A DNA stretch of 64,000 nt from Glaucostegus cemiculus (Eukaryota): the NCBI GenBank assembly GCA_976551045.1, contig CDPCPM010000281.1, forward strand, positions 14,322,001-14,386,000. Reading direction: 5' to 3'. A model generated the notes under the pieces. That model ran no database searches. It was given only the letters and a program-made list of their open reading frames with translations, and was not told where the DNA came from. Numbering within the stretch: position 1 is the stretch's first letter; every line of letters begins with the position of its first letter. This document shows, in pieces, positions 48,569-60,434 of this stretch. Position numbers and translations under genes: made by a program.

Positions 48569-48941
48569 CAGGTCCTCCCAGGGTTATGAACTCTCGACTC
48601 ATGGACACCCCATACACACAAACAAGTGTTTGGGAGACCGGCGGGATGGATGGGGATGGATGTGCCAGCTGCTGTGGGACCGCAGGCATTTTCTGCTGGG
48701 TTGGAATGGGGCATTTCTGCGTGCCGTCTCTCTCTTCCCCCCTCCTGCACTGCTGAACCACAATAATCAGGGTCTGGGTCAAGCCGAGGAGACTCACTCA
48801 CTCACTGAGGCCAGCTGGCAGCTGCTCTATCCATGCCTGCTCACCCTCGTGTCATAGCTCTCCCACACACTCTCTTTGTTCGTTTCCAACCTACCAACAG
48901 TTCTCAGGATTGTAACCCCGTTGTAACCTGGCAACTGCCTG
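48569..48941. mobile_element. Tigger/pogo-like non-autonomous DNA transposon (MITE)
   Basis: TA|CAGGTCCTCCCAGGGTTATGAAC ... GTTGTAACCTGGCAACTGCCTG|TA: imperfect terminal inverted repeats starting CAGG, flanked by TA on both sides. Confidence 0.7.
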
Positions 48942-49064
48942 TACCATGACTGTAGCATTCAGCCATTGCTAACCATGCTGCTCATTGTATCTGTACTCTG
49001 CAATTTCATGAGTGAACAACACCAGTTGCAGTCAATTAGTGCTGATAAACACTATGTTGGAAGG

Positions 49065-49890
49065 GGATGTGGACATTGGTGGCAATGCAACATTTATTGT
49101 CCATCTCGAATTGCCACTTAATTTGAAGAGATAGCTAAGAGTCAACCACATCGCTGGGTCTGGGGTCATATATGAGCCAATCTGGGAAAAGGTGGCAGAT
49201 TTCCTCTCTAAGGACAATTCCCAATAGAAATTAGGGATGGGCAATAAATGCTGGTCTTGAATAACACCCTGATCCTGAAAGATATAACAAAATGTTAACC
49301 AGATGGGGTTTTAACAACAATTGATTGTTTCATATCAACATTACCGAGACTAGTTTGAGGGGTGACCGTATAGAGGTGTATAACATCATGAGGAGCATAG
49401 ATAGGGTGAATGCACACAGTTTTTTTCCCAGGGAAAAGGAACCAAAAACCAGAGGGCATAGGTTTTAAGGTGAGAGGGGAAAGATTTAAAAGAGATTTGA
49501 GGGGCAACTTCTTCACACAGAGGGTAGTGTGTGTACAGAATGAGCTGCCAGAGAAAGAAGCTGAGGCAGGTAAAGTAACAACATTTAAAAGACATTTGGA
49601 TAACTACAAGGATAGGAAAGGTTTGAAAGGATAGGAATAGGATATGGGCCAAAGACGGGCAAGTGGAACTAGCTGAGGTGGGCTCATTAGTCAGCATGGA
49701 CAAGTTGGGCCGAAGGGCCTGTTTCCATTCTGTATTACTGTATGACTCTATGACTATTTTTGGAAAAATATATTAATTTAGTATCTTGGTTTTCAATTCC
49801 CCAGCTGCCTTGGTGAGATTCAAACTCACGCCTACTGAATCAATAGTCCAGGACTGTGAATGTTAGTCCAATAAAACTATTAGGCCATTG
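49065..49890 (-). mobile_element. tRNA-derived SINE split by a CR1 insertion
   Basis: aagagtcaaccacatcgctgggtctggggtcatat...aaccagatggggttttaacaacaat (to about 49350) resumes at about 49760-49890 (ttccccagctgcc...gagattcaaactc...tagtccag). Confidence 0.65.
49355..49756 (+). mobile_element. CR1 LINE 3' end
   Basis: FKVRGERFKRDLRGNFFTQRVVCVQNELP (49410-49634); tgggccgaagggcct and (tatgactc)n tail. Confidence 0.9.
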
Positions 49891-50239
49891 TTTCCATCCC
49901 TCATTAGATCCGACTGTTGTTGTTTGCTAACACATTGCCAGAAATGAAATATGGAAAAATATACAATAATTTCACAGGCGTGATTAAGGTTGGTGAAGAC
50001 ATCAACAAATCCCCTATCCTAACAAATGTAATGTGCAGGATGTTGACAAGGGATGTGTGGACTAATATAGGTGTCAATAAGTCAGGATAGTGTGCACCTT
50101 GTAAGGGAATCTGCCAGTGATGATATTGCCATCAGCTTTGTCCTTTGGAAGAGGAGAGAACAGTGCTGTTGGAGGATAGTACATGCTCCAGCCTTAGTGC
50201 TTCTAGGTGGTGGGAGGACATGTTGAGGGCAAAGCATCA

Positions 50240-50484
50240 GGTGGCACGTACCAGCAGACTCAAGGACAGCTTCTATCACACTGTTATCAGGCTCTTAAAT
50301 GGACCTATCATATGTTAAAATGTGAACTCTTAATCTCCCAACGTACTTGATCGTGGCCCTTGCACTTCATTTGTCTACCTGCACTGTACTTTATAACAAC
50401 ATATTCTGCATTCTGTTTTCCTTTTTACTACCTTGATGTACTTATGTATGGAATGATCTGTCTGGATGGCAGGTCAACAAAAGC
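50240..50484 (+). mobile_element. Rex1/Babar-like LINE 3' fragment
   Basis: cacgtaccagcagactcaaggacagcttctatc...tggcccttgcacttcatttgtctacctgcactg; reverse-complement sibling at 52805-53120. Confidence 0.8.
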
Positions 50485-50774
50485 ATCGGGTGGTGTTGAG
50501 CTTCTTGAGTGTTGTTGGAGCTGCACCCATCCAGGCAAATGGAGAGTAACTCCATCACCCTCCTGGCGTGTGCCTCGTGGATTGTGAAAAGGTTTTGTGG
50601 GTGACAGGAGATGAGTCACTTACTGCAGGACCCAGTCTCTGACCTGCTCTTGTCATCACAGTATTTATGTGCCTGTCCAACTAATTTTCTGGTCAAGCTA
50701 GAATATTGATGGAAGGAGATTTGGCAGTTAATCACATTGTGGATTGAGAGAAGGTAGGTAGAACCTCTATTATA

Positions 50775-50945
50775 ATAAAACAGAGAATGCTAGAAATACT
50801 CAACTGGTCAAGCAACAGCTGCGGAAGAGAAATAATTAATAGCTCAGGGCAAGGGAAAGTTAACCTTATTTCTCTCTCCCTGTTGAGTATTCCCAGCATT
50901 TACTACTTCATTCCAGATTTGTACATTTGTAGTATTTTACTTTTC
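50775..50945. mobile_element. Penelope-derived fold-back element
   Basis: aatgctagaaatactcaac (50786-50804) and gttgagtattcccagcatt (50882-50900) are 17/19 reverse complements. Confidence 0.6.
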
Positions 50946-51069
50946 AATCCTCTCTTGCTGTGATTGTCATTGTTTCACAATTATGTGGCAAGAAAATTAA
51001 CCTGCCAGCATCATTTGACACATCAATCCAATTTCCGAATACTCTGAAAGTGACCCATCCCCCAGTGGG

Positions 51070-51358
51070 TCTGCTATCCCCTCCTCCCTCGCACCTGCCC
51101 GTCACTATCTCTTACCTGCATCTACCTATCACCACCTTGTGTCCACCCCGCCTCCCCTCTTTTGTCCACCTATCATTGCTCTGCTTTTCCATCCTATACA
51201 TTGGGCTTCCCCTTTTCCTAGCTTCAGTCCTGAAGAGGGGTCCTGAAGAAACGTTGACCGCCTGCTTTTCTCCACGGATGCTGCCTGGCCTACCGAGTTC
51301 CTCCAGCATCATCATGTTTTTCATCTAGATTCCAGCATCTGCAGTCCTTTGTTTCTCC
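51070..51358 (+). mobile_element. Penelope-like terminal fragment, young, with hammerhead core motifs
   Basis: cagtc-CTGAAGA-ggggtcctgaa-GAAA-cgtt-gaccg (51225-51260), then gatgctgcctggcctaccgagttcctccagc; several CpGs retained. Confidence 0.75.
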
Positions 51359-52109
51359 CAATATTCTGCTGGCCTTACAATATGGGGCATAAGCTGCCTT
51401 ATTTGTGGAATAGCTCTTTCAGCCCTTCCCTCACTGAAGCATAATGCTCTTAGTCCATTGTGATAGTGCGACCACTGAAGTTCTCCTGCTATTGCCTCTT
51501 CCCTTCCTTTTCCCCCTCCTCCATCTCTCCTTCTGCTCCCTGGGTGCTGGTAAGGCCTGAGCCAATGATTACCAGATCGTGGAGGTTGCACTGACAACTG
51601 TGAGTGGGAGACCAGCTCTGTGATATATGGCAGAGCACCTCCTCATGGGTCCAGGCAATAGGACTGTCCCTCAGGAACTCTGCCACTCTTCTTGTGGCAT
51701 ATAGCAGGATTCCCACCTGGGTCCGAAAGACCAGGGATTGAATGAATAGCCAAACAGCTCCCCAATTCTGAAAAAGTGAGAGGAAAATAGCAGGTACAGT
51801 CGACCACTGTTTGATAAAGTCATCATAGTAGCTCCTGAGTATTGCGCATTGAGTATTGTTCTCTTCAGCTCATGGGTACAAATGAGTTCTTTTTATTCTG
51901 GAACACTTGTGTTTTCTTATGTAGTGCGCTCAGTACAGTGTGGTGTGGTCTATGACTCCATGCACTGCAAGGAAATGAGCTATCCTGGAAAATCTGTGTG
52001 CTGTGCTGTGCTGCCAAAGAAGAGAAAAACTCATCAGTCATCGAGGAGAGAGCATCTAAAACCTGCCTTTATAGTGCTGCACTGCAGATTGGATTATGTT
52101 ACATGGGAA

Positions 52110-52710
52110 ATAAGCTTTAGGAGCAGGATGAGTCCATATAGCACCATGAGCCACTCAATGTCATTATCAAGTTCAAGTTATACTTTATTGTCATTCTCCC
52201 ATATACTGTAAAACACATGAAAGAATGAAATGTCTGATCTGTTCATCAAACTCAGCACTTTCTTAGCCATTCCCCATAATCCTTGTTTCCCTTATAATCC
52301 AAAACTCTCTCTATTTACCTTTCTCAACCTTAAATTTATTTAATGATTCACATCTATGGCTCTCCAGGAGAGCTTCCAAAAACTCACACCTTCTGGGAGA
52401 AGAAACTCCTCAGTTCAGTTTCGAATGAATGCCCCCTGGTTCTATATCACTTCACTATCCTTCCAAACCTCACATATGGCCAGTCCTCCTTCTGCATGTT
52501 CTAGTACAATCACTTCTCATTCTCTTACATTCCAGAGTAAAGGCAAATCTACTCAATCTTTTCTTCATAAAACATCCCTCCATCTTAGGAGTTCATGTAG
52601 TGAACCTTCTCTGCCTCCAGGTATACCCTTCAAAAATACAGAGGCCAAAAATGTACACAATGCACCAGGTGTAATCCCACAGAAGTCCAATGTACAAGTT
52701 TCCAGCAGCA
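52110..52710 (-). mobile_element. CR1 LINE 3' fragment, old
   Basis: aggagcaggatgagtccat tail, ctgggagaagaaactcctc, gtagtgaaccttctctgcctcc, ggccaaaaatgtacacaatgcaccaggtgt. Confidence 0.6.
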
Positions 52711-52804
52711 GCTCAGATTGTTGCATAGAATTTTGATGGGGCCATTATCATTGTCCACCACTGGCAAGGAGGCGCTGGTCGTCCACAGATCTTGGGATTG
52801 GAGT

Positions 52805-53120
52805 AGGAATTGGTTTATTATTGTCACATGTACCAAGATACAGTGAAAAACTTTTGTTTGCGTGCCATCTAGACAGATCATTCCACACACAAGTACATCG
52901 ATGTAATAAAAAGGAAGACAGAATGCAGAATATAGTGCTACAGTTACAGAAAAAGTGCAGTGCAGGTAGACAAATAAAGTGCAAGGGCCATGTTGAGGTT
53001 CATTGGGAGATTAAGAGTTCATCCTTTAACATACGATAGGTCCATTCAAGAGTCTGATAACAGTAGGATTGAAGCTGTCCTTGAGTCTGGTGGTACATGC
53101 TCTCAGGCTTTTGTATCTTG
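52805..53120 (-). mobile_element. Rex1/Babar-like LINE 3' end
   Basis: aattggtttattattgtcacatgtacc...gaagctgtccttgagtctggtggtacatgctctcaggcttttgtatct. Confidence 0.8.
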
Positions 53121-53187
53121 CTGCAGCATTTGGAAGAATTGCCATTAGGGACCCCTTTAGGGAAGCAGAGTCTCCTCGAAGTTCTTT

Positions 53188-53340
53188 CAGAATCAGAATC
53201 AGTTTTTATTGTCACTACTGTATACACATTCAGTATGTACAGGAGCGGAATACTGTACTCCACAGGTCAAGGTGCTCGTCACATTAAAAAAAGAAACAAA
53301 CAATGAGAGACACAAAGACAGAAAGACACTAAAAACATTG
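53188..53340 (-). mobile_element. 3' tail of the same Rex1 subfamily as 38265-39330
   Basis: cagaatcagaatcagtttttattgtcact...tatacacattcag...tcaaggtgct...gacagaaagaca aligns with 38264-38395. Confidence 0.75.
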
Positions 53341-53929
53341 GAACCATAAAATTAAATAGCGACTTAAATAAACAATCTTAAAGTGAGTCATGTCAATCAT
53401 GTCAATGCAGGGATGCCTTCCTGGAACGCTTTGGGAGTTTTGGCCCTCAGACCAGAGCCTTTCTTCTCCCTGCATCTCTGGACAATTCTTCAGTCTCTTT
53501 CCAGCTACTTTCATGCTCAAGATCCAGTGATACAACCACCAAAGCTCATACAACTCTGCTAGATGGATGTCAGCAGAATAGGATCAAGGTGAATCCTCAG
53601 CATTCCCACAGGCCTTCTGGAAGTAGCAAAGAGCACCATTTTTCCACAACCTACTCCAATGCAATCATCAATAAAGGAGCAATCCATTGAAGATTTCAGC
53701 TAGTGGGTGTTCTCCTGCTGCTGACCATCAGGTTCACAGTTCCAGATTACCCATGCATTAGCTGGGTCATCAAAGGCAAGTTAGGTGGGGCAGGTATCAA
53801 ATCAACTTGCACTAGGAACAGTTTACTTCCAGCATGGAAAGAAACACACGCACCATGTGTTACCCAATCCTCCAGTTATGTGAGTTGCACTATAAATATC
53901 CAGTTACATGACCCAGCTTCACTGCCAGC

Positions 53930-54105
53930 TCCTCAAGATGTCCTAAAGCATTTCACAGACTGTTATTACATTGGCAAATATGTGCACAGTAAAGTCAGAC
54001 AAGCCATAAATGAATTGGTGACCAGTGTAGTCATGAAAATTGAGTAATGAATCAGCCAGGATACCAAGGGAATTTCCACAGTTTTTGAGCCATGCAGGGC
54101 TTCAT
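53930..54105 (-). mobile_element. Deu-domain SINE fragment
   Basis: ctcaagatgtcctaaagcatttcacag...tgtgcacag...gccaggatacc. Confidence 0.45.
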
Positions 54106-54269
54106 AGAAACTTCAGATATCAGTGCATGTAGTGTTCTGTATCTGTTTTCACCATTCAAATGCTGTATATGGAAGGCAGTTATCATATTTCATATTTTCT
54201 CAAGACATAGATGAAGGCCAATTGAGGCTCTCAGAGATTCCAATCAATCCCATTCCCCCATTTAAAAAA

Positions 54270-54470
54270 AAATTATTTACAGCGTGGTAACAGGCTCTTC
54301 CGGCCCAAGTCCATGCCACTCATTTTAAACCCAAATTAACCTACCCATACATCTTTGGAATGTGGGAGGAAACCAGAGCACCTGGAGGAAACCCACGCAG
54401 ACATGGGAGAACGTACAAACTCCTTACAGACAGCGATGGGAATCGAACCACGATCACTGGCGCTGTAATA
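54270..54470 (-). mobile_element. V-SINE (young; sibling of 3885-4130) nested in an older V-SINE that continues to about 54720
   Basis: ttttaaacccaaattaacctaccc...ggaggaaacccacgcagac...gggaatcgaaccacgatcactggcgctgtaatag. Confidence 0.85.
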
Positions 54471-55489
54471 GTGCTCTGTAATTTATTTTCCTGTAATCTA
54501 TTCTCCTTCACATGGCCAACAACTGCCCCTTAATTATTCTGCCTCTATGGCAACCAATTAACCTATCAGTGCCTCCTCGAATATAGGAGAAAACTGGATC
54601 ACCCCAAGGAAACCCAGACAATCACAGGAAGAACATACAAACTGCACACAGACAGCACCAGATGTCTGCATTAAACCCGGGGTCTTTGGAACTGTGCATC
54701 AACAGTACTACCTACTGTTCTGGCCATTATTGATGTGGTGTTGATCCAATGGATTCCTGGCTGGCTAAAGAAGGCCAGTTGGCTATGAAGCTGCATGTCT
54801 TTCAAAGCAGTCAGGGGCCACTGGGGTACAGTCAGGGATTTGAGCTACCTATTCTTTGCCTATCGTTGTCTATCTGACTGTGTCCTGTAAACAGAGCAGC
54901 CTTGTGCATACAAAAATAAATCAAAGGCAAATCACAGCAGCTATATAGATCAAAAAAATCTGCATTGCATTCATTTCTGCTCTGTGCCAATAATGATTGG
55001 ATGGGTGCTGGAACTGACCACAGATCCCCGAGGTTAAGGATACCAAACAAACAATACTGGAGAGCCTTCAACCCCTGACTACCATCTAATGTATAAACAT
55101 TGAGAATATACAGTGAGAGGGTAATGAATGGGGCTCCTTTACATTCAATTAGCCTAAGGAATGTGCAAACTGACAACTGGCACTCAGGGGATGGTCTCAG
55201 CAGCATCAAGGTAAAAAAGGAGAAAATTAAGGGGGGAGAAAAGGCTTTGAAGACAGTGCAAAATAATAAGCAGCTGGTGCTTGCAGCGCTAAGATTCAGA
55301 GGAAGGACACGGGAAGAGGTGAGTCTTTGGTTACTAACATTAATGCAACTGAATGTGCGGAGGTTCCACTTTATTGCTAGCAAGGATGAATCCCCCAGTA
55401 GTTTCAAAGCAGGAAGTCCCACAGTTAACCTTCATGTATGGGGGGGGGGGGGGGTGAATTTCTTTCAGGATCCATCATTGCTTCAGCAG

Positions 55490-55655
55490 TGAAAAAAATT
55501 TGCATTTCTGCACTGCCTTTAATCAACTCAGAACGTTCCAACATGATAAACAACCAATGAAGCATTTTTCACAGTGCGGCTCATTCGTAATTCAGCAAGC
55601 ACAGTGACCAGTTTGCACAGAACATGAAGCTACAAGCTGTTCTGTGATAATATTC
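55490..55655 (-). mobile_element. Deu-domain SINE 3' fragment
   Basis: ttgcatttctgcactgcctttaa...ccaatgaagcatttttc...gtttgcacag. Confidence 0.45.
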
Positions 55656-56024
55656 AGAGGATCTGGTTCAAAACTAAATATTGATAGCTGCAGAAAAATT
55701 AGCATAAACACAGTTTGCTCCATTGTTCGGTGGCTTTAATAGATCAAGTGGTGGAAAAATAGGAGGATCCTGTAGAATGGGAAAATTGTGACAGAACAGA
55801 AAGATCCCAGCAGTGAACATGGATCTCGCAGAGAAGGAGAATCCCTACAGAACCAGTGAGACTCACAAAAGATGTGAATCCTCGTTGAAAAGGTTACTTT
55901 ATCCACTTGCCCCTGAATCTACAAAACCAATCTATTGGTGTGCCCAAGCCCACCTTGCCAGGTCTCGCTGCTCCACAATTTCCCCCTAAGCTTGTATGAC
56001 AAGAAGTTTAAAAAAAAGTATCCA

Positions 56025-57045
56025 AGAACACAAGAAAATAGGAGTAGGAGTAGGTCACCAGGCCCATCATGCCTGTCCCACATTTCAATATGATCATGAC
56101 TGAACTATACTGGCCTCAATTCCTCATCTGGGCCAGATCCCTGTAATCCTCAATTCCCTGAGCTTTCATAAATGTATCCACCTCCACCTTAAACTTCTAA
56201 TGATCCAGCCTCCACAACCCTCTGGGGTAGAGCAGATCAGAACTGCACCACCCTCGTTGAAGAGGAATCTCTATGTATCTACATCTAAAATGACAGCTCC
56301 TTATCTTGTAGCTATGTCCTCTCATCCAACACTGTTGAAAACATCTCAACATCTGTCCTGTCAAGCCCTCTCAGGATCTTATGTGTTTCAATAAGATCAT
56401 CCCTTATTCTTCTAAGCTCCAAAGAATACAGACCCAATCTGTCCAGTCCCTCATGATAGGACAAACCTCTCATCCTAAGAATTAGCCTGGTGAATATCCT
56501 TTGAGCTCTCTCTTCCAATGATACTCTCTCTGCTTTTAAATAATGGAACCAAAACTCTGCACAGTATTCCAGGTGTGACCTCACCAACAACCTGTACAAC
56601 TGTAACAAAACCTGCCTGTTCTTAAACTCTGATCCATTTGCAATAAAATGCAAAATGCTGTTTGCCTTCTTAATAACCTGTTGGAACTGCCTGCTAAGTT
56701 TTTGTGACTCATGCACTAGGACATCACGATCCCTCTAAACTCCTCTCATTTGCAGTCTCTCTCCATTTATGTAATACTCCTCCATTTGATCCCTCTTACT
56801 GAAGTGACCTCACAGTTTCTCACATTAAACTCTATTTGCCAGTTGTTTGCCTAATCACAGGATCTATCTACATCCCATTGCAGAGCCACAACATTTCTCA
56901 TCACAACTTGCCCTTCCACCTAGTTTCATCTCATTGACAAACTTCGATGCCTTATATTTTACCTGCTCCTCCAGGTTAGTAATATAAATGATAAATAATG
57001 GGGGCCAAAAACTGATCCCTGGGTACTCCACTAGTTTCATCCTTT
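56025..57045 (-). mobile_element. CR1 LINE RT/3' fragment
   Basis: KKANSILHFI...LLQLYRLLVRSHLEYCAEFW...LSYHEGLDRLGLYSLELRRIRDDLIETHKIL (56312-56716); gtaccccagggatcagt (VPQGS) on the minus strand near 57020. Confidence 0.9.
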
Positions 57046-57564
57046 CACTGCCATATGTGAAGATTAACCATGGGACTTGCTGGTTTGAAACTATTGGGTT
57101 GATTCTTTAACAGATTCTGTTCCATTGAAGTCAGTCACCAAAGACTCATCTCTTCCTGTGTCCTTTCTCTGAATCTCAATGCTGCAAACACAAGGTGCTT
57201 AATACTTTGCACTTGTTCTTCAGAGACTTCTTTTTCCTAATTTTTTCCTCCTTTTTTGCCTTGATGCTGCTGAGTCAATCCTCTTAATACTAGTTGTCAG
57301 TTTGCACATTCCCTAGGCTAAATGAATGTGAAGGAGTCACATTCATACCTTCTCACTGTATATTCTTACTGTACATCTTTTAGATGGTAGTCAGCAGTGG
57401 AAGGCTCACCAAGATTTTTTGTTTGGTATTCTTCACCTAGAGGATCTGTGGTCAATCATCACTGGTCAGCCTGTGCAGCACAAAACAAGTTCTGGCAGTG
57501 AGAAATCAAACCAGATTGTTCTGGCATTTCACACCAGGCTCACCAGTGGTTGAAAAGAGAAAAG

Positions 57565-57690
57565 ATACGAAAACAGAAAATGCTGGAAATATTCAGCAGG
57601 TCAGAATCTGTGGAAAGGGAAACAGAATCAATGGTTTGGGTCAAAAACCCTTCATCAGAACTGTGAAAGTGAGAAAAACAAGCTAAGTGA
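57565..57690 (-). mobile_element. Penelope-like terminal fragment with decayed hammerhead motif
   Basis: Minus strand reads cagtt-CTGATGA-a-gggtt-ttt-gaccc-aaac; stem II is intact but the core G of GAAA is lost. Confidence 0.6.
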
Positions 57691-58904
57691 TATGTAAAGG
57701 CAGGAATCCAACAAGATATGTTATGGCTCCTTTAAGAGACAAGCTGAGTTGCCAGACAGGATGTGAAAGTCCCCAACCCTAACTGTTAATTTGTGTTCCC
57801 ATTTGAATCCTGCTGGACATGCAGCCTATATCAAGTGTTTCCTGTTTTAATTTTACACACCAGTAAAGCCAGCAAGAGGCTATGGGCTGTGGTGAGGGGA
57901 GGGTGTGGATGTAGAGTCTTGTTTTCTATCGACGAGATTAAGTTTTGTGCGAGAGATGAATTGGATTAACAGTAAATCAGACCGTAGTACGGTGCTGAAA
58001 CTTGAGAAGATCCGATGTAAGCAAACCACCAGACCTTGCTGCTTTTGTATCATTTCTCAATAACCTCTACTCCTTCAATGATCCCCCTCTATCACCACTG
58101 TCTTTACTGGAGGTCACTTGTTAGTATTCAGAAGGATTTACACCTGGATTTTTTTTTTCCTGACACGCTACTACTTTTCTAGATCTAGTTGAGACATCTT
58201 TTAACTGATGACTTGCATCACCTTCAGAGGATGGCTCTTCATACTGATATTATTCGCCCCTTTACAGCCCAGCCTTGCCCCCAGGCCAACCACAATACTT
58301 CCTCGGTGCTTCTCACACTTGCAACAGGAAGAACAAAAACTAAGTTGATTTTTTAGCGTGAGAGTTTGAGAAGTGTTAATGATGATTGTCTGCTGTACCC
58401 CTACTTTTCCCGATGACTATGTTTCAGTTCATTCCATATAGACCTGTGGGTCACGCCCTGCATCCCAAGACTAACCAAGCATTGCGAAGTTCAAGTGATC
58501 CTGATACACATCTGCTGGGTATTTAACCATCCACCATCTTGTTAGCAGTGACAGGCTTCTGCCCCTACAGCCAAGTAATTAACAATAGACATCTGATGTA
58601 GATAAAATGCTGGTAAACTTTGCTCATACATTCCTGCATGTTAAGCCTTCAGAGTGCTCTATAAGCTGTCAATGCCATGCGCCTTATTTCAAAAATGTGA
58701 GTTGATATCAAGGCCTGAAGATTCAGGTAGATTAATGTATTTTCAGTCTACTGTTGATGAATTACCAGACTATAAGAGAACCGAGGCATGATCTGGAGAC
58801 GACACTTGGTTACCTGTCTCAGCAGGGCACCAGCTAGTGGCATCAGTGCAACCAGATAAGGACAACATTGGAAAACAAAAGTGAATTTCAGGGAACTCTG
58901 AAAG

Positions 58905-59097
58905 TCTGAAATAATAATGGAGATTCTGGGGATACTCAGCAGGTCAGACATATTCTTTGGAAGGTAAACAGAGTTAACATTTCAGGCCAATGACCATCAT
59001 TAAGTGTGTTGAAAGGTCTTTAGCCAAAAACTAGGTTTCCCACTCTACAGATGCTGCCTGACCTGCTGAGTATTCCTGGTGCTTTCTGTTTTCATTT
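58905..59097. mobile_element. Penelope-derived fold-back element
   Basis: atactcagcaggtcag (58932-58947) and ctgacctgctgagtat (59058-59073) are perfect 16-bp reverse complements. Confidence 0.7.
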
Positions 59098-59714
59098 TAA
59101 AACAATTGTTGGTTGCCTGATCCCAGACCACTGATCTGGAACCCAGTGCTTGTGGTCTTCTTCCACATGTTGGCATACAACACAATGCCCATGAAGGAAA
59201 ATGGTGTTGGGTTCATTTCCCACATATATATCCACTGTGATCCGAGGAAAAGGTTTTGAAGATCTAGTGAGGGATGATAGGGGCCACATTTGTGATTGAA
59301 CACGTCTACACTGGCCTGATGCCCCTTTGAAGTTGTAAATTCCCAGCTGCTTTTTCTGCCGCCAGTCCTCAAAGGGTTAACAACGACTTGTATTACCCTC
59401 AACTCTCACTTCCTCAGACCTACCACAGCAATGGGAAACAGATGATGATTAAGAACAGAAATATTACCATCTTCTTTTGAACTATGGTGATGACAATGAA
59501 GGCACAAAGTATGATGATGGTAATGAAGATGATGACAACACAAGGATGTGAGACTCATCCACCCATGAGAACACACATGGCTCCATCTTCCTTTATAGAG
59601 TGAACTTTTACACACATCAAAGTTCCAAAGCAGGACTCAAACAGCTGAGGTATAACCATTTTCTGAGCTCAAACTCAAGGGGCGGAATAAAATAGAGTGG
59701 AATCAAAGTGGGGA

Positions 59715-60060
59715 AAAGGAGTGGTGCAGCTGGTAGTGCTAATGCCTCACAGCCCTGGGGAACTGCATTTGACCCTGACCTCTGGCACTCTATGCGAGGA
59801 GTCTGTACATTCTCGAGGCTGTATGGATTTCCTCCAGGTGCTCTTATATGCTCCAACATCCCGAAGGTGTGCTGGTTGGCAGGTTATTGGGTAACTGTAA
59901 GTTACCCAAAGTGTAGGTGGGATGGTGGGAGAATCACAGGAATGGTTAACGAGCACATGAGAGAGAATAAGTTGCACGGAAATAAGTAAGGGATTGATGG
60001 GGATGTTCTAACAGCCAGCAGAGCACAATGGGCTGAATGACCTCTGCAGGAAGTATAAGA
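59715..60060 (+). mobile_element. V-SINE, near full length
   Basis: gtggtgcagctggtagtgct head, ggatttcctccaggtgctc core, gggctgaatgacctc tail. Confidence 0.75.
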
Positions 60061-60434
60061 AAACACATGAGCCATCAGTGCAGGTATTGCAAGGGGGGGG
60101 GGTGGTCTAGATTCAAGAAGCTTGAGTGTTTTACTTGCTTCAATTTGCAATGTTCTTGTCAGACTACCATCTCCATAAAGAGCAGCTTGATGATTTTCCA
60201 ACTATCCTGTATAGTGCTGGACAACAGCCCTGTGAACGCTTAGGTACTACTGCACAGTACACAATCTGCTTACCATCGATTGTATATACCAACATGTTCA
60301 CAGTTATTTTCTTCAAAATAAATCTGTTTCTAAGTCAGAAAGCATACATTATTATTGAACAACGAAGTGTACATCACTAACAGGAGTCAGAGATCACCAA
60401 TTCAGAGAACAGCCCTAATCCAAAATATCAATGA

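Noticed and set aside
54832-55422. 196-aa minus-strand ORF as a protein-coding gene
   Set aside because: Non-ATG start, no domain and unremarkable composition; kept only as a possible non-coding element in the findings.
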